Shown here piece after piece: positions 1-11,178 of a stretch of 64,000 nucleotides of DNA. Position 1 is the stretch's first letter. The number at the start of each line of letters is the position of its first letter. The notes under the pieces were generated by a model that worked only from the letters and a program-made list of their open reading frames with translations, was not told the origin of the DNA and ran no database searches. The position numbers and the translations under genes are program-made. Source of the stretch: Bdellovibrionales bacterium (lineage in GTDB: Bacteria; Bdellovibrionota; Bdellovibrionia; Bdellovibrionales; UBA1609); contig JAWLHR010000002.1 in assembly GCA_041690295.1 (NCBI GenBank), forward strand, positions 64,001 to 128,000, written 5' to 3'.

Positions 1-417
1 GTCACGCAGCTTTATGGATCGGATCGTGAGCGATGGCCGGTGGAAATCCACGAATATCTCTATGACATGGCGGAGCAGTACGCCAAAGCCGACTTGGTGA
101 TCTGTCGCTCGGGCACAGGAACTCTCTCTGAACTCGCGGCTTGTGGCAAACCGTCGATTTTAATTCCTTTTCCCTTTGCCTCCGACGATCACCAGCGTAA
201 AAATGCCGAAACCTTCGCGCAGAAAGGCGCCGCCGTGGTGATTCTGCAGAAGGATCTGACGCCCGAGCGGCTGCGGGAAACCATAAGTGGGTTGCGATCC
301 GATGCGAGCCGCTTGGCGATGATGGCCGAACGGGCCCGCGAATTTCATCAACCGGCGGCGGCGGAGAATTTGGCGCGGCAATTCTTGGAAAGGGTGAGTG
401 CGCATGCGGTTAGCTAA
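1..417 (+). CDS. murG: MurG glycosyltransferase, C-terminal part (5'-truncated by window)
   Basis: ADLVICRSGTGTLSE and LIPFPFASDDHQRKNA motifs; frame is open from position 1; lies directly before murC. Confidence 0.95.
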   Translation, partial: VTQLYGSDRERWPVEIHEYLYDMAEQYAKADLVICRSGTGTLSELAACGKPSILIPFPFASDDHQRKNAETFAQKGAAVVILQKDLTPERLRETISGLRSDASRLAMMAERAREFHQPAAAENLARQFLERVSAHAVS

Positions 418-1759
418 AGCCAAAATTCATTTCATCGGGATCGGCGGGATCGGCATGTGCGGTTTGGCGGAACTTCTGCGCAACCTGGGGGCCCGAGTGA
501 CTGGGAGTGATGCGGGTGAGAACGCGCAAACCGTAAGGCTCAGGCAGTTGGGCATTCCGGTCGCCCATGGACATAAGCCGGAAAACATCGGCGATTGCGA
601 TGTGGTGGTTTATTCCAGCGCGGTCAAAGAAAGCAATGTGGAATACATGGCCGCGAAAGCCGCCGGGATCCCGCTGATTCGTCGGGCCGAAGCGTTGGCG
701 CAAATCATGAGCTTGAAACGCGGGATTGCCATCGCCGGCACCCATGGCAAAACCACCACCACAAGTCTGACGGCCTCGGTGTTTTTGGCCGCCCAAATGG
801 ATCCCACCATCATCGTCGGCGGGCGCTTGGATGTGATCAAGTCCACGGCGCAACTTGGGCAAGGGGAGTGGTTGATCGCGGAAGCGGATGAGAGCGACGG
901 CAGCTTCACTCATCTCAGTCCGGAAATCGTGATCATCACCAACATCGATAATGATCATCTCGATCACTACAAGACATTCCCAAATTTGCAGAACGCCTTT
1001 TTTGACTTCGCTTCACGCATTCCTTTTTACGGAACTCTGATTGTCTGCGGTGACGACCCGAAGACCAGGGAGCTTTTCTCGAAGTTCGGGAAGAAATGGA
1101 TTTCTTACGGCACGCAGCCGGGGAATGATTACCTTCTTGAACGCCAGAACGGACAATGGCGGGTCACACGCCATGGAAAACATGTGGTGGATCTCGCGCC
1201 GTCCATGCCGGGAACGCATAACGCGCTCAACGCGTTGGCCGCGTGTTTAGCGGCGCAAGAGGCGGGAATTCCGATGGTGACGGCCGCGGCGGCGATTTCC
1301 AACTTCCAAGGCGTGGACCGGCGTTTTCAGCACAAAGCCACGGTCCGCGGTATCGATTTCTTCGATGATTACGGACATCATCCAACCGAAATTCGAGCCG
1401 TATTGGCGGGATTCAAAGAGAAATTTCCCCATCGGCGTCTGGTGACGGTGTTTCAGCCGCACCGTTATTCACGCACCAAGCTTTGCTGGGATGAATTCTT
1501 GAGTTGTTTCAAAGATACGGATGTCCTTTTCCTGTTGGATCTTTATCCGGCCGGTGAAGAGCCGATCGAGGGAATCAATAGCGAAACATTGAGCGCGCAA
1601 ATCGACCATCCGGATTGCCGGCTTCTGAAACGCAACGAGGACCCGCGCTTGGAGGCGGTGAAACGGGAACTTAAATCCGGTGATCTGTTATTGACCTTGG
1701 GGGCGGGTGATATCTCCCGCTTGGGTGAACAATTCATTGAATCTTTCGTGAAGAGTTGA
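404..1759 (+). CDS. murC: UDP-N-acetylmuramate--L-alanine ligase
   Basis: IHFIGIGGIGM, AGTHGKTTTT, EADESD and DDYGHHPTEI motifs; ATG at 404 chosen as start. Confidence 0.97.
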   Translation: MRLAKAKIHFIGIGGIGMCGLAELLRNLGARVTGSDAGENAQTVRLRQLGIPVAHGHKPENIGDCDVVVYSSAVKESNVEYMAAKAAGIPLIRRAEALAQIMSLKRGIAIAGTHGKTTTTSLTASVFLAAQMDPTIIVGGRLDVIKSTAQLGQGEWLIAEADESDGSFTHLSPEIVIITNIDNDHLDHYKTFPNLQNAFFDFASRIPFYGTLIVCGDDPKTRELFSKFGKKWISYGTQPGNDYLLERQNGQWRVTRHGKHVVDLAPSMPGTHNALNALAACLAAQEAGIPMVTAAAAISNFQGVDRRFQHKATVRGIDFFDDYGHHPTEIRAVLAGFKEKFPHRRLVTVFQPHRYSRTKLCWDEFLSCFKDTDVLFLLDLYPAGEEPIEGINSETLSAQIDHPDCRLLKRNEDPRLEAVKRELKSGDLLLTLGAGDISRLGEQFIESFVKS

Positions 1760-1760
1760 A

Positions 1761-2648
1761 GTGGATTTTCTCGAGCAAGTTTCATTAAAGGAATACTCAT
1801 GGTGGAAAATCGGCGGTCCGGCGGATCTTTTCTGCCTGCCCCAATCCATCGAAGAGGTTCAGCAAGCGGTTCGCTACGCTCACGAGAAAAATCTGCCGAT
1901 CACGGTTCTGGGCGGCGGGACGAACGTTTTGATCAGCGATAAGGGTATCGCGGGATTGGTGATTTGTTTAAGGAAGCTGGTCGGCGTGAATGTTTCCGAA
2001 GACGCCGAATCAGTTCGAGTCGACGCGCTCGCGGGAAGCCCGAAATCCGAACTCACGAAAATTTTTCTGAGAAAGAAAATGGCTCCAGCTTTGTTCTTGT
2101 GCGGTTTGCCCGGTGATGTGGGTGGCGGCGTGGTGATGAACGCCGGCGTGGGTGAAAATATAAAACCCAGGGAATTTGTTGAAATTGTGGAGTGGGTGGA
2201 GTGCGTGAAGATTCCCGACGGCACGGTTCAACGGTTTCAGAAAGATGAGCTGCAGTGGCATTATCGGCATTCGAAAGGCTGGGAGCCTGGCATTATTGTA
2301 CGTGCGGGCCTGGCGTGGCCGAATGAGCCTGATGACACGATTCCTCGAAAAGTGACCGAAGCGACGAAGAACCGCCGGGGAAGACAGCCTTTGGAATGGC
2401 CGAGTTGCGGAAGCACGTTCAAGAATCCGGAAGGGCATAAAGCTGGCGCGCTAATTGAAAAGGCCGGATTGAAAGGATATCGCGTGGGAGGCGCTGAGAT
2501 TTCGACCAAGCATGCGAACTTCATCATCAATCTTGGACATGCGACAGCGGCGGACGTTGATCGCATCATTCATCATGTACAAGAGGAAGTGAGCAAGCGC
2601 TTCGGCGTGAACCTCGAAACCGAAGTGCGATATTTAGGCCGATGGTGA
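1761..2648 (+). CDS. murB: UDP-N-acetylenolpyruvoylglucosamine reductase
   Basis: KIGGPAD, GGGTNVL, PSCGSTFKNP, KHANFIIN and LETEV motifs. Confidence 0.96.
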   Translation: MDFLEQVSLKEYSWWKIGGPADLFCLPQSIEEVQQAVRYAHEKNLPITVLGGGTNVLISDKGIAGLVICLRKLVGVNVSEDAESVRVDALAGSPKSELTKIFLRKKMAPALFLCGLPGDVGGGVVMNAGVGENIKPREFVEIVEWVECVKIPDGTVQRFQKDELQWHYRHSKGWEPGIIVRAGLAWPNEPDDTIPRKVTEATKNRRGRQPLEWPSCGSTFKNPEGHKAGALIEKAGLKGYRVGGAEISTKHANFIINLGHATAADVDRIIHHVQEEVSKRFGVNLETEVRYLGRW

Positions 2649-4369
2649 CCGCTTTTTTTCTGCTGGCGCTCTTATTTTCGGGATCGGCTTGGGCGGATCA
2701 GCGGATATGCGGCAACGTTATTCTCAAAGAAGGCTCGCTTTCACTGAGCGCCAATGAAAAAATACTGATTTGCGGAAGTCCAAAGGGCGGTGAAGCGTGG
2801 AAAAGCGTTCCCTTCACCCAAGCCGAATACCATTTGCGGGTCTTTCTGCAGAACGAAGGCTATCCGCATCCGAGATTCGAAAGACACGGCGATGAGCTTT
2901 GGGTTTGGCCAGGGCCACGGCTTCGCATTCGTTCATTCCATATCAACTCGGATGTGGAAGTGATTTCGACTCAAACTCGTCGGCACGTGATCGGGCACCC
3001 GATGAGTTCCAACAAACTGAATGAGATTCAGCAATGGGTTGAAACCAGCTTGCAATCCGCCGGTTATCCTTGCGCCAAGGTCGAAGTTCGCGCTCAGGCT
3101 TGGAATCAGCACGTGGTGGTGAATGTCAAGGCGGGCCCCCGGGCTCGCATACGAAGAATCGATTGGGACGGGCGGGATGGCTTGGATCCTCGGATTTTAC
3201 AACGGTATCAGGCGTTTCGTACCGGTGAAGTTTACGATTATCGCAAAAGCCAGTTGACCATGAATCGTCTATTCAACGATGGATTGTTCGAAACGGCGCA
3301 CGTGACACCCGTTTGTGAAGGCGATCATGTGAATTTGCGCCTACGGACATCGGTCGGTAAGCCGCGATTGGTGACGTTCGGGATCGGCGCCTCGACCGAG
3401 GAATTTCCCTTCTTGGATGTGGGCTATCGCAACGCCCGTTTGGACGCGATGGCGTCCTCGATCCATATCGGCGCGCATGTTTCGCCGCGGATTCAGAATT
3501 TGGCCGTGGGCTCGGAGCTTTATTCGTTCAAGAACTGGCCGACCCTTTTCTGGGGCCCTCGATTCAGTGCCGGCCGCGAATCGGAGCGGGAATTTGAAGT
3601 CACGCAAGCCAGAACCGGAGTCGATCTCGGGCGATATTGGGACGCTTGGGATTCACGGTTTCATCTGCGTGGCGGTCCCACATTGAACTTCGTCAATACG
3701 GTTAAAGGTATTGGTCCGGAAGAAGCTTCGTTCGTGAGTTGGGAAGCCGCGCTCTCGGCCATGAGTCATGTTTATGAGTTTAATCTGAGGGAACAATATG
3801 AAGGCTGGACCGGCCGCTTGGAATATCGCGGACAAAGGGATCGTTTAGGTTCCAAACTCAACGTTGATCGCTTCGATGTGAAGTTAAAGCATCTTTGGAA
3901 TATGGGTGGATTCGCGCCGCCGCTTTTCGTGCTCGCCAGCCGCGCTCATGCGATCGGAGTGAACGCCAATCCCGTCGATCTCCGCTCGGATCAGGAATTA
4001 TTGCCTCTGGATTATCGTATATTTTGGGGTGGTGATCAAAATTTACGCGGATTTTCGAGGCAACGCTTGAACAATGGTGAAATCGGTTTTTTAACCGGTG
4101 CTTATGCGGGTTTCGAACTCCGCCTTGTTGAGGAATTTCCCTTTCACCTTCAACCGTTCGCGCTCTTTGACGTCGCCCAATTGGGCGCTCGCCGGTTCAC
4201 GTTGGATCCACCGGTTTATCTCTCGTGGGGTGGCGGGGTTCGCTGGGCTTCGCCCATTGGCACGATTCGATTCTCCGCCGCGAAAGGCGAAATTGAAAAC
4301 ATTGATGAGACAACCTTGGCGTATCCAAAGGAATGGGTGTATTTTTTTAGTTTCGGACAGGAGTTTTGA
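2642..4369 (+). CDS. Omp85-family (TamA/BamA-like) outer membrane protein
   Basis: Signal peptide, POTRA-like segments (GYPCAKV, LFNDGLFE), GGDQNLRGF lid-loop motif, SPIGTIRF, C-terminal FSFGQEF. Confidence 0.85.
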   Translation: MVTAFFLLALLFSGSAWADQRICGNVILKEGSLSLSANEKILICGSPKGGEAWKSVPFTQAEYHLRVFLQNEGYPHPRFERHGDELWVWPGPRLRIRSFHINSDVEVISTQTRRHVIGHPMSSNKLNEIQQWVETSLQSAGYPCAKVEVRAQAWNQHVVVNVKAGPRARIRRIDWDGRDGLDPRILQRYQAFRTGEVYDYRKSQLTMNRLFNDGLFETAHVTPVCEGDHVNLRLRTSVGKPRLVTFGIGASTEEFPFLDVGYRNARLDAMASSIHIGAHVSPRIQNLAVGSELYSFKNWPTLFWGPRFSAGRESEREFEVTQARTGVDLGRYWDAWDSRFHLRGGPTLNFVNTVKGIGPEEASFVSWEAALSAMSHVYEFNLREQYEGWTGRLEYRGQRDRLGSKLNVDRFDVKLKHLWNMGGFAPPLFVLASRAHAIGVNANPVDLRSDQELLPLDYRIFWGGDQNLRGFSRQRLNNGEIGFLTGAYAGFELRLVEEFPFHLQPFALFDVAQLGARRFTLDPPVYLSWGGGVRWASPIGTIRFSAAKGEIENIDETTLAYPKEWVYFFSFGQEF

Positions 4370-4372
4370 CCA

Positions 4373-6682
4373 ATGCGCCTTCTCGCATGGATAGCGGCCG
4401 CGCTCTTTTCGCTCATGGTTCTGGCGGGTGGACTTCTCTATTGGGGAATTCAAAATCCCGCGAAGGTTTGGAACATCGTTAAACACCGCGTGTTGCCGGA
4501 AAACACCGAAACCAAGTGGGAATCGGCGGACTTCGTGTTGCGCCGTATTTCGTGGACTGAGTGGCGGGTCGAGTGGTCCATGGTCGGGTTTGAAGTTTCG
4601 CGAACTGAACCGCAAATCGCGATTAAAGTGAATTTACAAACCGCCGGTCGGCTTTTTCTCTTTCGCCCGCGGACCTCATTGCACCTTGAAACTTTCGAAT
4701 TGAGCGGAAACGGCCAGGTGAACGTGGCCGGACCGGATGGTGAGGCGGCCAAACAAAGTCTTTTTCAAGTGGCGGAACACTGGCGCCAACGTTTGGTGGC
4801 GCTCACCCATCGTGTGCGAATGGATAAGGCCAAAATCGATTTGACCGATTGGCAAATCAAAACGCCGGATGTGATCACCGCCACATTAAGTTTGCAAAAG
4901 CCGAGCGCGACGGACCCAACTGGAATGGACTGGAATTTGACTTTCAAACTGCCGAGTGGGGAAGCGGTATTCAAGGCCAGATCCCGTTTTGACCTTATTG
5001 GGCAAACGGAACCCATCATGTGGTTCGAAGGCGAGATGAAAGACACGAAATGGCTGAATCAAATGTCCGGAACCATCTCAGCGCCCGCGGATCATTTCAC
5101 TGCGCAAGTGAAAGGAAGCGGACGCTATGAGCGTTCCACCGTCCGATATGAGGCGGATATCAAGTTGAACAAGGCGGAATTTCGCGCCGAGATCAAAGGC
5201 GACGCGAATCAGCTCTCATCCGTTATCCCCTTTGTTCGGGATGTGAATGGTTCGATTCATGTTCCGCTCGTCGATGGAAGTTTGTTCGAGCGAACTCAAG
5301 GCACTGTAAAATTGAACGGTAAAGCCTCGCTCGCCGGATTGGATGCGAAAACCAAAAAGGACCTCGAAAGGCATTGCGAGTGCCAACTGCCCGACGTGAT
5401 CGGGTTTAACCTCAACGGATCGATTTTTGTGAATAATCTGGTGAATGTCCCGTCCACTGAGAAAGCGGTGGCGGATTTTAAAATCCAGTTTGATCCTCTG
5501 GATAATCCGTTGCTGACGTTGAAGTTGAACGGGAATTATCAGGCCATTCATGCGACGAGCGGAGCCTACAAGCATCTGTATTCAATCGACGGTGACTTGC
5601 GGGTTAAAAGCTTTCAGAAAATCACACCGATTCTTGAATCCCGTAAGATCATGGTGCCGGCACCCTTTGATCGGCTTGATGGAACCGTTTCGGCCAGTGT
5701 GAAAGCCAGCATCGATCAAAATTCGCGAGGTTTTGTGGTTCCCATGGATATCGGGGTGGATCTGAAGTCGCAGGATCAAAAGGTCAATGTACAAATCAAA
5801 TCCACCATGACCGTGTCGCCGGATTTCAAAACCATGGACCTTCTGGCGACATTAGTGGTGAACGATTTCATCATCGATCTGCCGCCTTTTGATCCCATTC
5901 AAGGGTTGCCGAAGCTGACCAAAGACGAGCGGATCGTCACCAAGCCGGATGAAGGCCAGCAGGCAGGCACCAAACTGAGAATCGTTTATGGCATCAAGAC
6001 CACCCGGCCGGGCGCGATTCGCTTGCGCTCGCCTCTCGCGCGTCCACATATTCCCATGACCATGGATGTGAGTCGCAATTGGACCGGCGATACAGGCGGG
6101 ACCATCAGTTTGGAACCCTTTGTGCTGGAGTACTTCCATCGAACTGTTCATGTGGATCAGCTGCGGGTGGTTTTGGATGACCGGCAGAATGCCGATTACG
6201 TGGTTGATGGCCGACTTCACATGGAACAGGCGCAATACAAAATCACCATGGTGGTCAGCGGAACTCTTCGTCAACCAATGATCAAATTGGCCAGCGAGCC
6301 GGATCTGTCGCGCGCGGATATTATTTCGGTTCTGCTTTACGGGCGAACAACGGATAAGCTGTCTCCGGCGGATCGGGAGACCGTTGGCAATTTCGACGCC
6401 GCGGTCGCCGATCGCGCCATCGGCTTGATCGGTCTTTGGGTTTTCGCCAGCACGCCCATTCAGAGTTTTTCCTATAATCCGACGACCAAGGTTTACACCG
6501 CCACCGTGCAATTGGCGTCGGGGACCACCGCTTCCGTCGGCACCGACTGGGAAGAAGCCGCCCATCTGGAAGTTCGCAAGCGGGTGACCAAGAGCTGGGT
6601 CTTAACCGCCACGTGGAATCCCGCGACCGAAGTTAAGCCGGATAGTGGCAAGGTCATCCTGCAATGGGAAAAGCGCTTTTAA
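4373..6682 (+). CDS. TamB/AsmA-like protein
   Basis: N-terminal TM anchor, beta-rich body, TamB-like C-terminus (VSGTLRQPMIKLASEPDLSRADIISVLLYG...WEKRF); follows the Omp85 gene. Confidence 0.75.
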   Translation: MRLLAWIAAALFSLMVLAGGLLYWGIQNPAKVWNIVKHRVLPENTETKWESADFVLRRISWTEWRVEWSMVGFEVSRTEPQIAIKVNLQTAGRLFLFRPRTSLHLETFELSGNGQVNVAGPDGEAAKQSLFQVAEHWRQRLVALTHRVRMDKAKIDLTDWQIKTPDVITATLSLQKPSATDPTGMDWNLTFKLPSGEAVFKARSRFDLIGQTEPIMWFEGEMKDTKWLNQMSGTISAPADHFTAQVKGSGRYERSTVRYEADIKLNKAEFRAEIKGDANQLSSVIPFVRDVNGSIHVPLVDGSLFERTQGTVKLNGKASLAGLDAKTKKDLERHCECQLPDVIGFNLNGSIFVNNLVNVPSTEKAVADFKIQFDPLDNPLLTLKLNGNYQAIHATSGAYKHLYSIDGDLRVKSFQKITPILESRKIMVPAPFDRLDGTVSASVKASIDQNSRGFVVPMDIGVDLKSQDQKVNVQIKSTMTVSPDFKTMDLLATLVVNDFIIDLPPFDPIQGLPKLTKDERIVTKPDEGQQAGTKLRIVYGIKTTRPGAIRLRSPLARPHIPMTMDVSRNWTGDTGGTISLEPFVLEYFHRTVHVDQLRVVLDDRQNADYVVDGRLHMEQAQYKITMVVSGTLRQPMIKLASEPDLSRADIISVLLYGRTTDKLSPADRETVGNFDAAVADRAIGLIGLWVFASTPIQSFSYNPTTKVYTATVQLASGTTASVGTDWEEAAHLEVRKRVTKSWVLTATWNPATEVKPDSGKVILQWEKRF

Positions 6683-6714
6683 CCGCGTGAACCTTCACGT
6701 AAACTTTATGTGAA

Positions 6715-7440
6715 ATGCGTTGGACACTCGTAATTCTGTTTTTGGTGGCGGGCCTTGGCGCTTTCGTCATCCAGCGGAATCCCAGATGGGTTAAGGTTGA
6801 AAATTTCGTCATTGAACTGGCGGAAGATTCTCAGGAAGAGGTTTTGTTTCAACGGATATCGACTTCCTTACGCGCGCAGCTCGCCGCTTATCAGGGAGAA
6901 TATTTTTGGGATTTGCCGCTTAAAAAATTACATGAGCTGGTCAGTCGCGACAAACGGGTGAAGAGTGTTGAGATTTTCCGCGAATTTCCCTCGCAGGTGC
7001 GAATTAAAATCGAGCCGCACACGCCGGTGCTGGCGTACCTCGCGCGCGACGGCCGAATTTATCCGGTGGCGACCGACGGCGCCCTTTTGCCGGCCGTGGC
7101 CGTGGCGGATGCGCCGGATTTGCCGGTTCTTCGCGGTGACGCTTTCAAAGATGAACTGGGACTTCGCGAACTCGCGATCGAATTACTGTCTTTGGTTCCG
7201 ACGGAAGGCAGTTTCACCAAAAAAGATGTTTCGGAAATCGTTTATTCACCCAAGGAAGGTTTCAAGGTTTTCATCAGCGGGGCGCGATCGGAGTTGAAAT
7301 TCGGTGACTCGGACTTTGGTCCAAAGATTTCGCGCGTACAGAAAGTCTTGTCCTATCTGGAGAGTCAGAGCATTAAAGGTCGCGTCATCGACGCGCGCTT
7401 CTCTAAGAAAGTTGTTGTCAGAGTGCGTAACAGTCCCTAG
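6715..7440 (+). CDS. ftsQ: Cell division protein FtsQ/DivIB
   Basis: N-terminal TM, POTRA-like VKSVEIFREFPSQVRIKIE, C-terminal IDARF; upstream of ftsA. Confidence 0.85.
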   Translation: MRWTLVILFLVAGLGAFVIQRNPRWVKVENFVIELAEDSQEEVLFQRISTSLRAQLAAYQGEYFWDLPLKKLHELVSRDKRVKSVEIFREFPSQVRIKIEPHTPVLAYLARDGRIYPVATDGALLPAVAVADAPDLPVLRGDAFKDELGLRELAIELLSLVPTEGSFTKKDVSEIVYSPKEGFKVFISGARSELKFGDSDFGPKISRVQKVLSYLESQSIKGRVIDARFSKKVVVRVRNSP

Positions 7441-7480
7441 CCTAAAATCAGGGAGACCAAGGAAGTGCTCCTTGAGGGTT

Positions 7481-8713
7481 ATGCGGATGGCAAAGGACGC
7501 CAAACAAACGCGAATGATCGCAAGTCTGGATATCGGCACGACCAAAGTGTGCTGTGCGATCGGCCGATTCGATAATGGACAATTAGACATCATCGGCGTG
7601 GGCAACGCTCCCAACGTGGGAATGCGACATGGAGTCGTCGTCAATATAGATTCCGTCACCGACGCCATCAAAAAAGCCAAAGACGAAGCTGAACTCATGG
7701 CGGGTGTGCGGGTCGAGGGCGTGTGGCTCCCGGTAGGTGGTCAGCACATTCAAAGTTTTTCGTCGAGCGGAATGGTCGCGATCCGCAACAAAGAGGTTCA
7801 GCAGGAAGACGTGGACCGCGTGATCGAAGCGGCGAAGGCCGTGGCCATCCCGCAAGATCGTCAAGTGCTTCATGTGTTGCCTCAGGATTTTAAGATCGAC
7901 GGGCAACTCGGCATATTCGATCCGATTGGCATGGCGGGCGTAAGGCTCGAAGCCAGCGTATTCATCGTGACCGGCTCCACTTCGGTGATTCAAAACGCCA
8001 TCAAGTGTGCCCAAAGAGCCGGTTTGAAAGTTGAAGGGCTGGTGTTGCAGCCTTTGGCGTCCGCGCTGGCGGTGTTGAGCGCTGACGAGAAGAATCTCGG
8101 CACATGTGTGGTCGATATCGGCGGCGGAACCTGTGACATGATCACATTCCACCACGGCAGCGTCATTCACACCGGATTGCTTCCGGTGGGCGGAAACAAT
8201 TTCACCCATGACGTGGCGATCGGTTTGAAGACCACGCAAAGCTATGCGGACACTTTGAAGCGCAAATACGGTTGCGCCCTTCCGGAAATGGTGAATGAGG
8301 ACGAAGCCATCGAAGTGGAAAGCGTGGGCGGACGTAAACCACGAACATTGATGCGGCGGGATCTTTGCGAAATTCTGGAAGCCCGGGCGGAAGAAACGCT
8401 TGAGCTCATTCATGCCGCGCTGGTGGAAACAGGTCTGCTGGGAAAACTCGGATCAGGTGTGGTGCTCACCGGCGGTGGATCGTTGCTCCACGGTTTGGTG
8501 GAGATGGGTGATTTCGTATTGGATGTACCGGTTCGGCGTGGCTGGCCCGAAAAAGTGGGCGGCCTGGTGGATGTGGTTCGGCAGCCGTCGTGTTCGACCG
8601 TTGTCGGCGCCATGGTCTATGGGCTTTCCACGCAAGATAAGGACGCCAAGGGACATCTGGATCAGAAGGCCAGCGACTGGACTCAACGAATGAAGAATCT
8701 TTTGGGGATTTAA
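7481..8713 (+). CDS. ftsA: Cell division protein FtsA
   Basis: LDIGTTKVC, VDIGGGTCD and VLTGGGS motifs; start moved to the ATG after the GAGGG RBS (7481 or 7487). Confidence 0.97.
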   Translation: MRMAKDAKQTRMIASLDIGTTKVCCAIGRFDNGQLDIIGVGNAPNVGMRHGVVVNIDSVTDAIKKAKDEAELMAGVRVEGVWLPVGGQHIQSFSSSGMVAIRNKEVQQEDVDRVIEAAKAVAIPQDRQVLHVLPQDFKIDGQLGIFDPIGMAGVRLEASVFIVTGSTSVIQNAIKCAQRAGLKVEGLVLQPLASALAVLSADEKNLGTCVVDIGGGTCDMITFHHGSVIHTGLLPVGGNNFTHDVAIGLKTTQSYADTLKRKYGCALPEMVNEDEAIEVESVGGRKPRTLMRRDLCEILEARAEETLELIHAALVETGLLGKLGSGVVLTGGGSLLHGLVEMGDFVLDVPVRRGWPEKVGGLVDVVRQPSCSTVVGAMVYGLSTQDKDAKGHLDQKASDWTQRMKNLLGI

Positions 8714-8722
8714 GGGGGAGAT

Positions 8723-10105
8723 ATGTTCGAACTCGAAGAGAACGCCAATTACGGAGCCAATATCAAGGTGATCGGAATCGGCGGTGGTGGTGGAAATGCC
8801 GTTCAAACCATGATCGAAGGCGGTTTAACCGGCGTTCAATTCGTGGTGGCCAACACGGACAAGCAGGCGCTTGCGGCCAACAAAGCGGAAGGCAAGATTC
8901 AACTCGGCCGTGATTTAACCAAAGGCTTGGGTGCCGGCGCCAATCCGGAGATCGGTCGGCGTGCCGCCATCGAATCCTACAACGACATTGTGGCGGCTCT
9001 CGAAGGTTCGGACATGGTTTTCGTCACGGCCGGTATGGGCGGTGGTACGGGAACCGGTGGCGCTCCCGTCGTGGCGAAGATCGCCAAAGAATTGGGCGCG
9101 CTCACGATCGGTGTGGTGACCAAGCCCTTCATCTTCGAAGGTAAAAAGCGTAAAAAGCAAGCCGACGAAGGGATCAAAGAACTTCAGGAGAACGTCGATA
9201 CTTTGATCTGCATTCCGAACCAAAAACTTCTCACCGTGGCCAGCGAACGCACTCCGCTTCTTGAGACGTTCCGCCGCGCCGACCAGGTTCTTCTCCATGC
9301 GGTGAAGGGAATTTCGGATTTGATCAACATCCGCGGTTTGATCAACTTGGACTTCGCCGACATCCGCACGGTCATGGCCGCCAAAGGTATGGCCATTATG
9401 GGTTCGGGTCTGGCGAACGGCGAGAACCGCGCGATCGAAGCCGCGACCGCCGCGATTTCTTCGCCGCTGCTTGAGAACATCTGCATCGACGGCGCGACCG
9501 GCATCATTATCAATGTGACCGGCGGCCCCGATCTTACGCTTTGGGAAGTCAACGAGGCGTCCACTCTCATCACCGAAGCCGCTCACCCGGATGCCGAAAT
9601 CATTTTCGGCGCGGTCATCGACGAGAAAATGGCCGACAACGTCAGCGTTACGGTTATCGCCACTGGTTTTGGTACCACGGTTTCCAAGTCCGCCCACATG
9701 GCGGACACGCATAGACTCACTCAGGAGCTGAACGCTCAGTCGTTTGAAACCATCAGCCTGAGTGTGGAATCACCGGCGATGGACGGTGCGCCGGCCGACA
9801 CACCGGCGGAAAGCGCGCCGGCCGAGGCGCCCAAGCCCCAGTTCGCGTTGAAAAACGAACCCAAGGATAAAGGGTTGCTGCCTCGCGATGTTTTACTGGC
9901 TAAAGCTAGGGCCTATCGCGAAAGCCAAGCCCAGCGCGAAGCCTCTCAACCCGAACAGCTCACCATGAACATGGACGACGCTATGCCGCCGCGTCTTTCG
10001 CCGGAACCCGCGCGCTCACCGTTTGAAGCGGACGCGCTAGAGGTTCCTTCCTACTTGCGTCGCAAGCGTGGTTTAGGTGCTGATCAAACCGAAGGAATAG
10101 AGTAA
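8723..10105 (+). CDS. ftsZ: Cell division protein FtsZ
   Basis: [23 protein letters not shown] and C-terminal LEVPSYLR peptide; GGGGAG RBS. Confidence 0.98.
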   Translation: MFELEENANYGANIKVIGIGGGGGNAVQTMIEGGLTGVQFVVANTDKQALAANKAEGKIQLGRDLTKGLGAGANPEIGRRAAIESYNDIVAALEGSDMVFVTAGMGGGTGTGGAPVVAKIAKELGALTIGVVTKPFIFEGKKRKKQADEGIKELQENVDTLICIPNQKLLTVASERTPLLETFRRADQVLLHAVKGISDLINIRGLINLDFADIRTVMAAKGMAIMGSGLANGENRAIEAATAAISSPLLENICIDGATGIIINVTGGPDLTLWEVNEASTLITEAAHPDAEIIFGAVIDEKMADNVSVTVIATGFGTTVSKSAHMADTHRLTQELNAQSFETISLSVESPAMDGAPADTPAESAPAEAPKPQFALKNEPKDKGLLPRDVLLAKARAYRESQAQREASQPEQLTMNMDDAMPPRLSPEPARSPFEADALEVPSYLRRKRGLGADQTEGIE

Positions 10106-10117
10106 GACTAGGGCTCT

Positions 10118-10873
10118 GTGAGTCGAGCCCTTTTCATTTCTGATCTTCATATCCGGTCCCACAAGGATCCGAAATGCGAACTTTTCGCGCGCTTCCTGGA
10201 GCGATGCGCGCGTTTGCGTCCGGAACATTTATTCCTTGTGGGTGACATTTTCGATCTTTGGGTCGCCGACCGGGATTACTTCGTCAGCGCCTATGACGAG
10301 ATTATTTCCCGAATCCGCGCCTTGATTGATTCCGGCGTGGATATTTACTACTTCGAAGGCAATCACGATTTGGATCTTCGCCCGTTCTGGCAGGAGCGTT
10401 TGCGTCTCAAAGTTTTTGAAGGGCCGGCCTACTTTGATTTACTGGGGCGGACCGTGCGGGTGGAGCACGGTGATCAAATGGATCCCGATGACAAAGGTTA
10501 TTTGTTTCTGCGTTGGCTGTTGCGAACTCCGGCGCTCCGTGGCTTGGGCCGCAATCTGCCCAACGCCGCCGTTCGCTGGATCGGCGAACGCGCCAGCCGC
10601 TTGAGTCGCGATTACACCTCGCAGGTGAAGGTCATTTCCGAATCGGAGGTGCGGGCGAAGTTCCTCCGCCACATCGATTCCGCTTTCGCTGAGAAGTCCT
10701 TCGACGTCTTGGTCTGCGGCCATGTCCATGTGGCCGACGATCTCACCTTGGACCGCGAAGGCCGCACCGTCCGCGCCTTCAACCTCGGCACCTGGCTCAA
10801 GGAACCACTGGTCCTGGACCTGACCCCAACCTCGGAAGCCCTTGTCCCCGTCGCTCAGTTTTTGACCGATTGA
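10118..10873 (+). CDS. lpxH: UDP-2,3-diacylglucosamine hydrolase (metallophosphoesterase)
   Basis: SDLH, GDIFD, GNHD, HGD and GHVH motifs. Confidence 0.8.
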   Translation: MSRALFISDLHIRSHKDPKCELFARFLERCARLRPEHLFLVGDIFDLWVADRDYFVSAYDEIISRIRALIDSGVDIYYFEGNHDLDLRPFWQERLRLKVFEGPAYFDLLGRTVRVEHGDQMDPDDKGYLFLRWLLRTPALRGLGRNLPNAAVRWIGERASRLSRDYTSQVKVISESEVRAKFLRHIDSAFAEKSFDVLVCGHVHVADDLTLDREGRTVRAFNLGTWLKEPLVLDLTPTSEALVPVAQFLTD

Positions 10874-11178
10874 ATTCGCGGGCCTCGCGTTCGGGTTTGT
10901 GGGACGAACTTTGGTTTTTTTGCGACTCAGTCTTTCGCGTTTCTGCTAGTGTGATCGCCCTTTCTTCACAGTCACATTGGGCGTAGCTTTGGGTTCGCGG
11001 GCGTCAGGTTCAGTCGAGAGGCTCCTTGATTTTCCTTTGTGGTTTCGGTCGCGCCCATGTGAGAGGTTGAACGGCAGATTCCTTTCTGACGATTATAAAT
11101 CAAGGCTACACCCGCTCATGGGATTCCGAGGAAAAGCGTTTCTAAAATTGTGCTCTGTCACGACCTGTCCGTCCGCTT

